Positions 12,760 to 28,200 of a stretch of 64,000 nt of DNA are shown here, one piece after another. The notes beneath the pieces are model-generated. The model was not told where the DNA came from. It did no database searches and saw only the letters and a list, made by a program, of their open reading frames with translations. This stretch comes from Octopus vulgaris (taxonomy: Eukaryota). The stretch's first letter is position 1. Every line of letters starts with the position of its first letter. Made by a program: the position numbers and the translations under genes. Location of the stretch: assembly GCA_951406725.2 (NCBI GenBank), contig OX597820.1, forward strand, positions 51,460,001 through 51,524,000. The letters run 5' to 3'.

Positions 12760-14489
12760 ATGTATGTATGTATGTATGTATGCATGTATGTATGTATGTA
12801 TATAAACGTATATAAACGATGTTTCATTTTGGCCATCGCTGCCAGCACCTTCAAAAGAGTGAAATTATACTTGTTAAATGTTAAAGAACATCGATTACAA
12901 TGTTGTGAAAATGTTCTCTTAATAATTAGTACTATACAAAACACAAAATTTTCGCAAGTAGCATTTATTTTGGCGAGGACATTTTGCAAATATTTATCGT
13001 CATCAGTTGGTGTAGTTATTGCTTTAATAGCTGTATAGTCTTGGTACAATATAATTTACCACTATCGAAATCGACGATAGACTGGAATATAGCGAGCAAA
13101 AAGAATAATCCAAAACCCAAGAGACTTTAGCGATAAAGTACGGGCACCGTGTTCACATTGATCAACAGAGTTGTTTCATTCTTTGTAACTGAATCCGTAA
13201 ACAGGCATTCTGCAGAATGATCTACAAGAAATATAACGATTTTTAAAAATAGGTGTTCAATACCCAGCGGCTGTAAAATTATCTGGTCTTAGTCATCACC
13301 ATATTTCAACTTTGTAAGACAACAGACACTGACTCTCGAAGTAAAATAAATATTTATAAAAAATATGACAAAAGGAATCATGCATTACGAAAATTCACTG
13401 AATGAAGATTATCAATTTTTGCTATACTAAGCGATAGAACTCATACTCGATGAGTCACATAAGTCTTAAAGTAAACTTTCGGTTTTGGAAAATGATATGA
13501 CAGCCAGATACTACGAGATTCACTACAGACTATACAGGTGTCTGAGGTACAAGTCATTTGACTGAGACGAATCCATAAGGTATATTAATTTATACTAAGA
13601 AACGAAGATAAGGTGAAAAATTCTGGTCTTAGGGAATCAATTTGATAACCGATTTACAGTGGTTTGAATTGGACTGTATGCTAATTTAGGCGCCGAAGCT
13701 TGGAGAAAGAAAAACAAAAACATCTACACATTCAGATTTAATACATTATTCACGACACTATCTACAAATATCTTTGGTGATATAATGTTTTCTTTGGTAA
13801 GCATGTCACATTCTCCGTTGGATTATTTGAAACTAGAGTGGTCTATAATGAATACGAGTGAATTAGGGCAGCGTTACAACGAATATTGCGTCATAAAAAC
13901 GTAACGACTAATTACGAACAGTATTACGATGTATTTAAGAATATTGAGCGACAAAACATGGCAATCTGACCCTTCCTTTAGAGTCTTCAAGAATATCTTC
14001 CAACATGTATTTTACTCGCTTGTGTCACTACTCCCGGAACTCCAATAGTCTGAAAGAATGTTCTCGCTTTTATGAAGTCATTTAACATGTGTTGTAGACA
14101 AAACGTGATTTAAATAACTGAAATTTGTTAATTACTTGCTGACCTGATATCAGAATATTGCCTGTAATTAAATTTGGCTACAGGGGAAAGTTATTATCTT
14201 AAACAGAAAATACTCAAAGTTAGAAATAAAATCATATCTAGCAGGTTGTCTGCATTGAGAGTTATTTCAATAGAATTGTCTAGAACTTTCATAAAGTCCT
14301 GTATATTTTCAACAAAGCCATGTGTTAAATCAAGAATTGTAAGGCAAATTTTTACAGTAAGCAAAAATATCTCAGTAGCAGATTAAATGAAAAACTCGTA
14401 AGTACGTAGATTTACATCGATCAGTTATCATACACGTTCGAATTCCTATCCCTTCACAATAGTCAGTGATATTTGAGATTGATACAACT

Positions 14490-14527
<38 letters not shown>

Positions 14528-14538
14528 ACACACACGCG

Positions 14539-14592
<54 letters not shown>

Positions 14593-14624
14593 CATACATA
14601 CAGATATATATATAACATATAAAC

Positions 14625-14756
14625 AATATTTATGTCGGCTTACTTCGGAACGCGCGTTTATAGTGATGAATTATATGTGGTTATTGATGATTTAAGTCTA
14701 TTTTCGGCATATTTGGCATTGGAAACGTATTTCTTTTGCCCTTGGTTATAAGTTGT
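14625..14756 (+). mobile_element. 3' end of the same short element family as 44895-45320
   Basis: GTCGGCTTACTTCGGAACGCG..TTATAGTGATGAAT...TTCGGCATATTTGG...TTTTGCCCTTG..TATAAGTTG aligns with the reverse complement of 44895-45015. Confidence 0.7.
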
Positions 14757-14827
14757 TTATACATTTAACCTTAAAAGTTATTTTTTAATATGCTAGCCAC
14801 TGATAAAATATTTTCGAACATTTTATC

Positions 14828-14870
<43 letters not shown>

Positions 14871-14881
14871 CACACACACAT

Positions 14882-15018
<137 letters not shown>

Positions 15019-15419
15019 CATGCACTGTTCCGTGATAGAAAAATCAACAAATATATACTCTATCTGGTGAAAGGTAAAAATAATATATTTAAAGGACATA
15101 ATACATGTCGTTAAGTGCCACTAATAGTTTTATATATTGAGAAACATATTGAACATATACTTGAAGCAGAATCCACATATAATAACGAACTAAAAATAAA
15201 TTGAGTATAAGAAGAAAGGCGAAAAAACAGAGAAGCCAGCATATAAAAATCGCTGAAGGTAAAAGACAGAAAACGGAAACACAAAAACTAAAATGTAAAG
15301 AAGTTAAAAGTGAAAAATAAAAAGTAAAAAGTAAGAAGATAAGATTTATCCTCCTTAGACCATAAATTATAAGTCTGTCAAGATATCAGCATGTTAATCA
15401 GGAATAGGTGGAACTCTGC

Positions 15420-16473
<1,054 letters not shown>

Positions 16474-16498
16474 GTAGCAGGCGTAGCTATGTGATTTA

Positions 16499-16710
16499 TA
16501 GGGTGGCCCAAAGTTAGGTTTACAGTTATTCAACTATATCTTTTGCATTCATATTTCAAAAGTTTAGATCTTAATTATAAAAAAAGAATCTTGAACTATT
16601 ATTCTACGCTAATTTAGAAAATAAGTTAGAATTTTAAGTATAATAAAACGTTTTAAAAGAAATTTAATGTACCTACGTGGCACCTGCAAACCTACATTTG
16701 GGCCAAATAT
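16499..16710. mobile_element. Tc1/mariner-type MITE (about 210 bp)
   Basis: TIRs TAGGGTGGCCCAAAGTTAGGTTTACAG and CTGCAAACCTACATTTGGGCCA; TA flanks. Confidence 0.75.
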
Positions 16711-16725
16711 ATATATATATATATA

Positions 16726-18830
16726 CTAACTTAAGTACCCTCTATTGTTCGGAAGTTTAAAGAATGTTAAAATAAATAAATATAGTTATTCTGATTAAAA
16801 AAATATATTTTCGGAAAAATTCTATGAAATGATGTGAGTCTAAATAGAGTAATTATTACAAATCCTGAAATGAATCACAGTTTAATTTTCTAGAACTGTG
16901 AAATATGCAATGTTTTCAGTGTGTAATTGGGGTACAAATAAAGAGAGTTCTTGGGACCTACAACTTGCGAACATCCGACATTTATTTGCAAAGCGAGAAG
17001 CAAGGACAAGCAAGATTAAATCCAACAACATTAAAATATTGTCCTTGAGATTTGTTTATCGACATAGCAAACCTGGAGCTGTTTAAATTCAAAGTGATGG
17101 GGGTGTGGATCAGATGGGTTCAAGATGATCTGTGGAATGAAGACAACATTACCATTATATTTCGCAGGATATGGGGTTGCATCGCTTTCACGACTAGTCT
17201 GGTGCCATTGCAGAGTCGAGGTGGATCCAGATTCCCGAGCAGCTTGATTGGACCCTCCTTTTAAGTTTTAAGTTGTGAGGTGGAATCACAGATGGCTGTA
17301 GAGATTTCAGGAACTCAGTTGGAAAAATTACAGCCTGGTCCTGATCAATGGCTGTGTCAAGGGATTTGAATAGCAGTTCTTGCCCTGGCGGAAGCTGCAA
17401 GAGATTCCAATTGATTTTGTCGTCAGCCTTACTATATGGAACTCAGATGACTCGCTCACGTAACCATTGACTGTTGCTTAAGTTTTGTGCTATGTTTGGA
17501 AACACAGGCATTCTGAGATCATTGACAGTTGGTACCATCTAACCACGGGGTAACTTGTGTTGTTGCATTTGGTGGACATATTGTAGTTTCCCAAAAGATG
17601 GTGTGAAAACAGCCCATCAGTTTGATCGCTGAATAATTGGGCCCATATGTTAACTGTCAGGAGCAGTTTGGTGATTTGCCTCAACAGATTGTCAGAGAGA
17701 GGCCTTCATTTCATCTGCCTTTCTATCGTTTTGGATCACAGTATGGGTTTGTTTAAAATCCGCAGCCAGAACTCCAATGACACCACTCATGAGAATGTCC
17801 TTTAATCTCAAACCTCTAATGCTACGTTCAACATCTTCAAGTGTTACACAGTGAAACATGGTGCATTCATCCCAGATAGACAAGCACATCTGTTACAAGA
17901 CCTTCGCCTTTACTGATGTCTTAGTGATAGGATGTCTCCCTTAAAATTTTACTTGTCTTTTCTATGCTATTGTATCTGGCAAGCTATACTCCTGCAAAGG
18001 TTTTCCTCCAAGCTGAGGAACCTTGTCTTCAGGAAAAAGTAGATCTTCATTGTTGATGTTCTCAGTCAAGTGGATTTCGAGACCTTGATTTTGCTTCTGC
18101 AATCTCTGAACAATATCTTCACAGACGGACTCCCAGTGTTTCTCCCACAGCTAACGTGGGCTAGCGATGTTGCATGCTTGAAGCTTCAAGGCGGAAATGA
18201 AAATGGCAAGCCTGTCTCTAAGAGTCACAGTCATGGACATTAGAAGTTTTCAGATCTAAGAAACTCTTTGGACCAGAGACTTTGAGCAATAGGAGATTCA
18301 AGAAATAACACTCAAAATTGTTGGGATGTACAGTATAGACCATTCTCGATGCTGAATCTCAATTGATTCTTGGGTGCTTTTCCACAGTTTGAGCAATGGT
18401 ACGTCTCTTTTACCGAAAAGGGGAAACAAATGGATCTGTGCTACATAGCTCAAAAAAGTTCTCAATGTTGTTGAACCTGGCACTTCAAGTTGCAGCTAGA
18501 GGCGTTGTAGATTGTCTGGATCAAAATAGATTTGCTGGTAATTCTTTAGATGTACAGCTAAATCGATAACAGTTGCACGCTGTTCATGCAGTGGAAAGTT
18601 AAACCGTCTACAGGATGCTTTATTGTTAGTAATATAGCGTTCCATCTGGTAACATGTCACCTTATCATTGTTGTTTACATCCTGAAGACCAAAAACAGTA
18701 TGTTCACATGCTTGCTCACATACTTAATTTCACAGAGTTACAAAACACACCATTGATGTATGCTTTGAAGATCTTTGACAGAAGGGGACAATACGGCACA
18801 TTCCACGTATCGTCGACTTCAATTTTTTAA
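16726..18830 (-). mobile_element. Helitron relic (Rep-associated region and Pif1 helicase), internally deleted and frameshifted
   Basis: VDDTWNVPYCPLLSKIFKAYIN; FPLHEQRATVIDLAVHL; IWDECTM...LAADFKQT; FPTEFL.SLQPS.IPPHNLKLK; LGNLDPPRLCNGTRLVVK; FAMSINKSQGQ. Degenerate 3' hairpin and CTAG-like end near 16726-16755. Confidence 0.9.
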
Positions 18831-18885
18831 CACACCTCTTTGCCGGCCATTACGTAATGTTCGTTATCAGTATACAATATTTAAA

Positions 18886-19190
18886 AATCTATATCCAAGT
18901 ATAATTACTCACATCTGATTTCAAATAGAGATATCCAATGTTGAGAAGTCGAGTTGCTTCAAGAATTGTAAAAATAGATAATGTAAGTTATGAGCATATG
19001 ATATTTCTCAATCTATATCCAAGAATAAGTACTCACATCGGATTTAAATGTGAAATACTGAGTGTTAATAAGACGAGTTGTTCCAAAAATATCCAAATAT
19101 GTATTGGAAGTTTATCGAGATATAATATTTTCTAATCCCTATCCAAATAGAAATAGTCACATCGGATTTAAATATAAAATATCGAGTGTA
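18886..19190. repeat. 124-bp minisatellite (about 2.5 copies), probably Helitron-internal
   Basis: AATC..TATCCAA...TCACATC.GATTT.AAAT starts at 18886, 19010 and 19134. Confidence 0.8.
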
Positions 19191-19925
19191 CTCTAGCTAA
19201 TTTTATTAGGTCCATTCCACGAACAATTATTCGAATAACTCATCTTGATATCTCTAACTTATGTCATGGGAATATTGAACTTTAAAATTTATCGTATAAA
19301 TTAAAAGATATTGTACAGCGTATATTGCCTAATGATTAAATGAATAAATGAGTTATGTTAATGTAATAAGTGTTTTCACCGGGCGTGCGTCCGTATGATG
19401 ACTTTTCGTTATGGAAAAACCTTACTCTTTCAGTTTCTAAAACCTGAAAATGAACTGCTATAACAGCTAAATGTCTGGAAATTATCCTGTGTTTGTGTGT
19501 GAGCGCACGTAGCTATTTTCAAGCTTATGCGAATGAACAAACAAAATAAACAGAAATATATGTTACAGAAACATAATATACATCTACAGAGGGCCTCCGG
19601 AAAGAACTGGAATTACTATAATGAACATTGCCCGAGTAATGAAAAAAATTCATGACAAATTTGGTACATATTTATGCAGCTGTTTGGCCGTACATAGAGT
19701 AGACACATATATATACACACACAGTGAATTATATATATACATGTGTGTGTGCGTGTTTGTGAGTGTGTGTGTGTACAATATATAGGGAGGATCGGAGGGA
19801 ATAGTTCCAAGGTATCTAAATGATGCTTAAGTGCCCTAGGACACAATGGGCACATTTGCGTGCAATTTGAATCTGGGGACAGGCAAGACATATTTAGGAG
19901 AAAAATAGAAACTGGAGTATATGTA

Positions 19926-19967
<42 letters not shown>

Positions 19968-20069
19968 TGAGTGAGTATATGTATATATGTAATATTAGTA
20001 AAAATATATACATTCATCTAACTACATGTTGCGTGTATGTGTGTCATATGCATTTATATATGTCACATT

Positions 20070-20320
20070 TACTGGGGCTTTATGTATCTGTTAAAATGTC
20101 TATATAATGGTTACTGCTGTTTATATCCTTTCTGAAGAGATTGATGCATAGCTGACCATTATTCATCCTGTCGGACTTATTTTGGATACATCCATCAAAA
20201 CTTATGTAGGAGACATGAAGATATAAATGATTTAGTAGCATCTTGAACGTTTGTCTCCATTTTCTATATTTGCCACATATATTTAAGAAAATATTTGGAC
20301 TTACCGTAGGTTGATTACCA
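20070..20320 (-). mobile_element. Penelope-like RT fragment
   Basis: FKMLLNHL...NNGQLCINLFRKDINSSNHY resembles the PLE RT FLNxL...NGxLxTxLYRKxT region. Confidence 0.5.
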
Positions 20321-20325
20321 CCACT

Positions 20326-20429
20326 CCCACTGCATGGCACCTTGGGCAAGGCTCTACTAGTATAGCCATGTGCCGACCAAAGCCTTGTGAGCGGGTTTGG
20401 TAGACGGAATCTGAAAGAAACCCGTCGTG

Positions 20430-20521
<92 letters not shown>

Positions 20522-20680
20522 TTGTGGGTCTGTGTCTACATCCCCGTCACTTAGCAGTTCGGCAAAGAGACCGATAGAATAAATACTAGGCTTACAAAGA
20601 ATAAGTACTGGTGTCGAATTGCTCGACTAAAGCGGTGCTCCAGCATGGCCACTGTCAAGTGACTGAAACAAATAAAAGAC
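20326..20680 (+). mobile_element. SINE with internal (TA)n(TG)n, 5'-truncated
   Basis: CCACTGCATGGCACCTTGGGCAAG...CCGACCAAAGCCTTGTGAG...GGCAAAGAGACCGATAGAAT...GCGGTGCTCCAGCATGGCC...GACTGAAACAA. Confidence 0.9.
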
Positions 20681-21539
20681 TATTTGTTATGTTTGCTATA
20701 TAAGGAGGTAAAATTTGTTTTCCTCTATATTATTTTCTCCTCTTCACTTTATTTGTCATTTTCCAAGTTATTTTTTTAAACGATAGAAAGAGTGGAGTTC
20801 CTACTAAATGTTTAAGAAACGTTGTGTGACAGAATGTTTTGTATAAACGAAATGCCATTCAAAATCATTTGTAATTGATTGTAGAAGTAATTGACAGACG
20901 AGACAGTAAGACAAAATTCGATACACTAATTCCTGAAGTTTATTACATTGTGGCAGTTCCATAATCAAGTTATTTTTGCAATAAATGAAAATATCTAATG
21001 AGTTTCAATCAAGAGAGCTAATCAAGTAATATTGAAGGAAGTCTTTAAAATATGATTGTGTAATATATTTTTGTAGAATATTAGGCCCACCCTGACAAAA
21101 TGCTCATAATTCTAGAATCATTATTGATTTTTAAGCAGAAAAAATCATTAGTGTCATAGGTGATGAAAAATTGCTTGTCTGGGTCTTTATGTATTATCAA
21201 TATAAATCTAAAAATGAAAAGGAAAAGAATTATATTCAGACTATGTTTGTAGGAATATATTACTCGTTCACCTTTTTCGCTCACATTCTCTTTTCTGCAG
21301 TCGACGCAATATCCTCAGTATACATTTTTGTTTGTAAAGGAACCATGTGTCCTCACACGTTAAATTTTTCGATCTTTTGAGTAAATAAAACCACCTGAAT
21401 TTTAGTGGGGTTTTGTGACAAATAAGCTTGGATTAACGTTTGCAGAGATAGACCATTACAAGTTTTCTTGAATTCTGGATACTATTTTTAAGACTTAAAG
21501 TGAGAGACCAGCAAATATCATGAAATTGATTTTCCCATG

Positions 21540-21728
21540 TGGCCAGCAATGTCGGGGGAGGGTTTATATCGAGTTTCTCCATACCAATACTCAGTTGGTA
21601 CTTCTTTTATCGACCACCCCAAAAGGAAGAAAGATAAAGTCGACTTCGGTAGTATTTAAACTCAGAAGGAACAGACTGACAAAATGCCGCTAAACATTTG
21701 GGCTATCGTGCTAACGGTACTACCAACA
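21540..21728 (-). mobile_element. Degenerate SINE (same family as 81-211)
   Basis: TTTTATCGACC...AAAGTCGACTTCGG...AACTCAGAA...AAATGCCGCTAA. Confidence 0.7.
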
Positions 21729-22538
21729 TTCCTCCCTATCATGAAATGTTATACATTCTTCTGCCCAAAATTTGAAAACACTGAGCAGAGGATACACTGA
21801 AATTGTGGCTTTTATTTCACTATATTGTAAGTAGATAGAGCAAGCCCAAACATGACACAGCTCTAACTCCGATGCAAAAAGGTTTTGAAATATATAACTC
21901 AAATACATTTAGTCTGTCATGATAAGGGAAACTTGTATTACTTATATCATTATATTGATTTTCAGTATTTACGTTCGATCCCATATTTTGTTGAGTGTTT
22001 AGTGGAATGGGTTGACATAGGTACTTAACTTCTATGTTACTTTAGGAACAACAGAAACAGGTAAAGTGATGTTGACCTTGATAGAATTTCATATCATGAG
22101 ACTGTACCTCCCACCCTGCTTCCACTAACCGCTGTTTCGTCAATAGCTTAAATTGCAAATGCAGAAATGCTTCACTCTAAAATAATATCGATTCGGTTTT
22201 GCTTCGCTTGAGATGAATTTACAGTAGAAATCTTTATATGGTCAGTAGTATCGAGTATGCTTTATAGAAATAAGCAGTCGTATAACGGATATAGCAAAAT
22301 CAGTAAAACATGAACTTGCATTTAGAACGAAGAAACACAGAAATGCCTAGCGAAATATATTAATATATTGGAGGGTTTTATTATAAAATGAGCTTTTGGG
22401 ATCATAGTGAATAAGAGCTACAACGACACGCGTTGCAAGATTTGATAAGAACCCCAAAACAATTCATCAAAATAAATAGTAAAACGTAACGCTGCACGCA
22501 TCTGTCCATCCCCTTCTTTTACATAATCTCTTCGTTTA

Positions 22539-23000
22539 TACGAGGTTTCACCAATAAGTATCCAGATTGTTGCCATAGTAACAACACTAAAACATGCAGA
22601 GTAAAACAGTTCGGCACAGTTTGGCCATTCACCCTGCTGTCCATGCGTACTAAGTTTCAACGTCCAAGCTTACGTCCGCTGTTTACAACAGTGCTTGGAA
22701 GGAAGGTGAGTAGCGTGTGATCTTTGCATCGACCAAGCGTACGAGTGATTCAGAAGTTACCAAGATGACCGGAAATATATCGATAGAGATGAACGTTCTG
22801 GGTGACCCGCAACCAGCCGGACTATGAAAAAACATCGCAGATTTTAGTGCATCTGTTTTGAGAAATCATAAAAATCCCCCTCCGTGAGTTATCAGAGGAT
22901 ATGCAGATTAGTTACGGTTCAGAATCGTCCATTATAACTGCAAATCTGGATACGAAACACGTACTCCTTAATTTTGTCGAGAACGATGAAAACTTTGTGT
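22539..23000 (+). mobile_element. mariner transposon relic (left TIR and transposase fragment)
   Basis: Starts TA-CGAGGT. Peptide ELSEDMQISYGS.SSIITANL..KHV..NFV matches the mariner second HTH and WVP-linker region. Confidence 0.7.
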
Positions 23001-24100
23001 ATGCCTCTGAGCACTTATCGCCAAAGTTTGGTAGAAAGTTGGGAATTTTTCGTTAGGGGACTTTTTTGTGTTTGTGGTTTACATTAGCCCATCCTTCGTT
23101 GTCTTCCTTGTTTTCGGTTGATGGTATGGACTCCTCTTCTATGATTTCTGTTGCAGACTCTGCTCGTGGCGCTGTTTCTTCTTTTAGGGCATGGCAGTTT
23201 ATCTGAATGTGGCCTTTCTTGCTACATTCGAAGCACTGTATCCTCCTATCCTCCGTCGTCACCGTCAACGTAGTTTCGTCACTAATCTCGAAGTTCTCCG
23301 CGATATCTTAAAGAGTTTGTTGAGGTGCTTAAATTATGATCTCAAGTCCTTGTCCCTTCCAATATGGCTGCCCTATTTTAGTAGCGTCGATTATTGTTAT
23401 TTTATCCTCGAGCCCCATAGTTAGAGCAGTGCAAAGCCATGTTACATCTATTTCTGGTGGAATATCCTCCACCGTAATTTTTGCGGTACGTCTACCTAAA
23501 TACATAGGTAGGAGTACTATTTCGGTTGTTTTAAAGAGCTTGATTGAAAGCTCCTTTGACCTTTCTTCACCTTTTAGGTGGACGAAAATTCTAATGATGA
23601 ATGTAATGTCCGAACAGATTGGTTGCAGGCATTTCTCAACCTTCTGTCTTGATGACTTGACCAACATTTTAGTTTTAACGTTTAGACTTTTAAAGACAAT
23701 TACTTTTTTAGCCGTGTTTTCAATTAACTCGGATGGAAGGGTGGCTTTCAAATCATACCCCTCCCTGTCGAACATATTTTTGAATTGGTTCAAACTTTCG
23801 TTTGTTACGTTTAAGGCTTCCCTTTTTAAACCGGCTGCTGCGGCGAAATTTGGCTTGATTGTTTCAACGTTTGTTTTTCCTTTTAAAATTCTTTTCCTGA
23901 TGGCATGTTCAAAATTTTATCAGAAGTCATTTCTTTGAAACATTAGTTTCCGTAGCTGAGTTACAACTCAATTTTGTTTCATGGAGGTGGTAGAGAACCC
24001 TTTGCACAAGAGAATAAATATTACCCCTCCACAAAGAAGAGAATAACGTTCAAAGTTTTGCGAAACACAATAAACCAAGGTGTTTTAGAAAACACACAGC
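23000..24100 (-). mobile_element. Non-LTR ORF1-like relic with a CCHC zinc knuckle (L1/Tx1-like)
   Basis: ORF 23329-23793 (LLPMYLGRRTAKITVEDIPPEIDVTWL) followed by CFECSKKGHIQINC (Cx2Cx4Hx4C). Confidence 0.65.
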
Positions 24101-24259
24101 GAATTCAACAATTAAATAATCAGCAACTCACAATATAATACGTCAAAACAGCGGACAAATTGCGAATGACACATGAAAGACAAAATGTGAGACCTCCAGA
24201 AATCCAGGTTAAATATTGGTAATGCAAACGTGGAAAACTTACAGTGCGAAAAACAACAT

Positions 24260-24795
24260 ACAAGTGGACGAGAATCCGCATTATATTAGTGGCGACGGGG
24301 ATATAAAAATTCATGCGGACGACGTTGAAAAGAAAATTGTTTGTCACGAGGAAATAAACAATTTACGCAGACGGACATTGTAAAGTTTGTCAGCGGAAAA
24401 ATTAATAACTAAAAAGAGAATTAACAAACATTTTTGTGTACATATTTTACGAAACAGCCAGAAAATTACGGGAGACTTGTTAGATAGTTTAGATGAGTTG
24501 AAGAACATCAACAACAACAACAGCAACTCAAAGAACAACAACAAATGCTACAGCAACAGATGCTACAACTAACGAAGTTGTTAACAAAATCAGAAATAAC
24601 ATTTTCGCCAGGCCATATAGCAAATTTAATAAATGAATTTAAATGTGACCCAGAAGAAGGAGTCACCTTCGAGGTATATTATCGAAGATTTCAACAAATT
24701 TTCGAAAAAGAATGCCAAGACTGGACAGACGGAATGGAAACGCGTCTAATTCGGGGAATGCCTAAAAGACGTAAAAGGCATAACTACATTTTACA
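24260..24795 (+). mobile_element. Ty3/Gypsy 5' fragment (PBS and gag N-terminus), same group as 10170-12005
   Basis: PBS-like AGTGGCGACGGGGAT at about 24288-24302; gag NLINEFKCDPEEGVTFEVYYRRFQQIFEKECQDW. Confidence 0.8.
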
Positions 24796-25570
24796 ACAGA
24801 GGACGGAAATTTGGCACGGTGCAGGTTCGCTTCGTTAATGAGAACGAAGCAAAAAAGTACTCCACCGTAGCTTTGAAAAGGAAAGAGAGGCACTCTTACC
24901 TACTTACTGTGGCAGACGTGCGGCCAAAGTGAGAATAGGGAGAGTGACACCAGAAATATACGAGGACTGGCTGGTGGAAAAGGTCGAGATGTTGAAAATA
25001 TCCAAGACTGCGGAGGTCAACTAGTGAGGGTTTGGCATGGAAGTGATGGTATTCATAAGCCTACCAGACCTCCACAAGATGACATAGGAGATAATATTGC
25101 CTGACGAGACCAGTCTGAGAGTCGTGGTAGAGGGGAGACGACCAATATGCTTCCAATGTGAAGTAAGGGGGCACATAAAGGCAAGGTGTCCTTAGAAACA
25201 CAAACAGGAGGTGGTTGGAGAATGAGATTTCGGAACATGTAAATGAAATAGCGGAGAAGGAAGTAGTGTTGTCCGAGGACGACAACAGAGGAAATAGTGA
25301 GTCTCTACAACCAACCCCACCCACCCCAAAAAGAAAAGAAAATCAGAAGAAAGGGAAAAGAAAAGCTGAAGCAACGTTAGAACAAATACAGGAGCCGGAA
25401 CCATCAACAAGTAAGGAGGAGGGAGGATGGGAAGAACTGGTAGATACAGAAACAACAGCAAAAATGACAGAGAATATTGAAAGAACGCCAAAGCCGTCAA
25501 CAAGTAAGGTTGATGAAGAACGGAATTTACTTGAAGAACCGATAACAGAATCTCGTAGTCACTCGTAGCC
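24795..25570 (+). mobile_element. Second ORF1-like CCHC relic, homologous to 23000-24100
   Basis: LLPTYCGRRAAKVRIGRVTPEIYEDWL at about 24894-24975; VVVEGRRPICFQCEVRGHIKARCP at about 25121-25192; acidic low-complexity tail. Confidence 0.65.
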
Positions 25571-26489
25571 CAAATCATCTCTTGTGAACCTTGTAACTCT
25601 CGAGCAACTATTGTGAAAATTGCAGATGCTGAGGGCTTCTCGTTCAAGCAGGGACATAAAAGATCCGCGTCTGTGTACGCAGCCGTTTTAGCTTAAGAGT
25701 GTGGGCAACACCGAATTCGTGTAGATCGGCATTATTTTAGATACAATACTAAATATTGATCTCAGCACATAAAGAGAAAAATATGTGCGTGATAAGGGAC
25801 ATGATGAATGGTTTGGTTAAATAACTGTGGTTTGGATATTCTGGTGGGTAATTTCTGGAACGAGTTTCCAAAAAAATTTACCATTGTAGAGTTTCCAAAA
25901 CATTTTACCATTGTAGAGTAGTAAAAGTTCGCATTATAAATCAGCTCATTAATTATTGGATACAATCGCAACGACGATTGCGGTCTAGCCAACCGTTCAG
26001 GGATACACTCAGAGAGGAGAACCTGCTGCAAACTCAATCATGGACAATGTTTCAAACGTAGAGTCACAACGAAACTGATGAAAAAAAAACAAAATAATAA
26101 ATTGATGCGATACTCCAGCATGGTCGTAGTCCAACGAGTGAAAAAATAAAAAAAGTAAAATAAGAGAATATAAATAAAGTAGATTAAAATATTTTATCAA
26201 TCTGTAAAGGTAAATAATTTTTCTTATTTTTCATATTTTCTGACTTGCATTTTCTATTTCAGAAAGTGTTATACTTGGAGAGTGTTTGTGGACGGATGAG
26301 TTAATTTGATGTTGCTCGAAGGGGTATGAAACTATCTGCTGATATTGAGGGTGGCGTTCTATGCCATGACCCGAGCATTGGACAGGGCTCGCCAGTTTCA
26401 GCTGGGAAATGAATGGAATATCTGGTGTATCAAATTGTGTCTACCATTCTAAAAAAATGGGGAATAGACCTGGGTATATAAAAATTGGC

Positions 26490-26750
26490 CTGTGTTGTCG
26501 AGCGGCTAAGTTACGAGTACACAAGCACAACAACATCGGTTGTTAAGTGATGGCGGAGGTCCATACACAAACATACACATACACATATAAACACATACAT
26601 GTACAACGGGCTCGTTTCAGTTTCTGTCTACCAAACCCATTTACATGGCCTTGGTAACCCCGATGCTCTAGTTGCCACACAGTGGAACAGAACCCAGAAC
26701 TGTGAGGTTTCGAAGCAAACTTCTTACTATACAGTCACGCCTCTGCTTAT
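26490..26750 (-). mobile_element. Degenerate SINE
   Basis: GCTAAGTTACG...CATCGGTTGTTAAG...ACAACGGGCTCGTTTCAGTTTCTGTCTACCAAA...GTTGCCACACAGTGG. Confidence 0.7.
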
Positions 26751-26780
26751 AGAATCATATATACATGCATATAAATATAC

Positions 26781-27829
<1,049 letters not shown>

Positions 27830-27844
27830 TATATATATATATAG

Positions 27845-28200
27845 TGGTTGCCTACTTCTTATGCAGTTTTACCACCACCTGTACCTACAACGTATCACGA
27901 TCATGGCCACTAATATGGCTTTTTTTTAAACAATACATTGCTCTGAAAAGACACCCACATATATTGCACCTCCGATTCGGACCACCAAGAGCTGCAGATA
28001 AGTTCTGGATCTTAAAATGTCTCTTGAGGCCTACGTTGGATATACAAACCTTTTGGCATATACTGCATTCAAAGGTGTGCACAGACTTATAAGCAGAATA
28101 TAACGTGATATCAAAAAGTTCCATATCTAGTTCTTCATTGCGCCAACACATATCTGCATACTGTTGTTTGTGTGGTGAGAGCAAGTATTCATGAGCCAGA
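27845..28200 (-). mobile_element. C2H2 zinc-finger-bearing fragment, probably an RTE-type LINE C-terminus
   Basis: CSICQKVCISNVGLKRHFKI and CNICGCLF...LKKSHISGH. No TGEKP linkers; ends at a (TA)n tract. Confidence 0.5.

Noticed and set aside
12800-14150. Possible hAT dimerisation-domain relics (NATCE..., ERMFS)
   Set aside because: Only short, weak motif similarity.
23336-23938. 200-aa plus-strand ORF
   Set aside because: Antisense shadow of the minus-strand ORF1-like relic.
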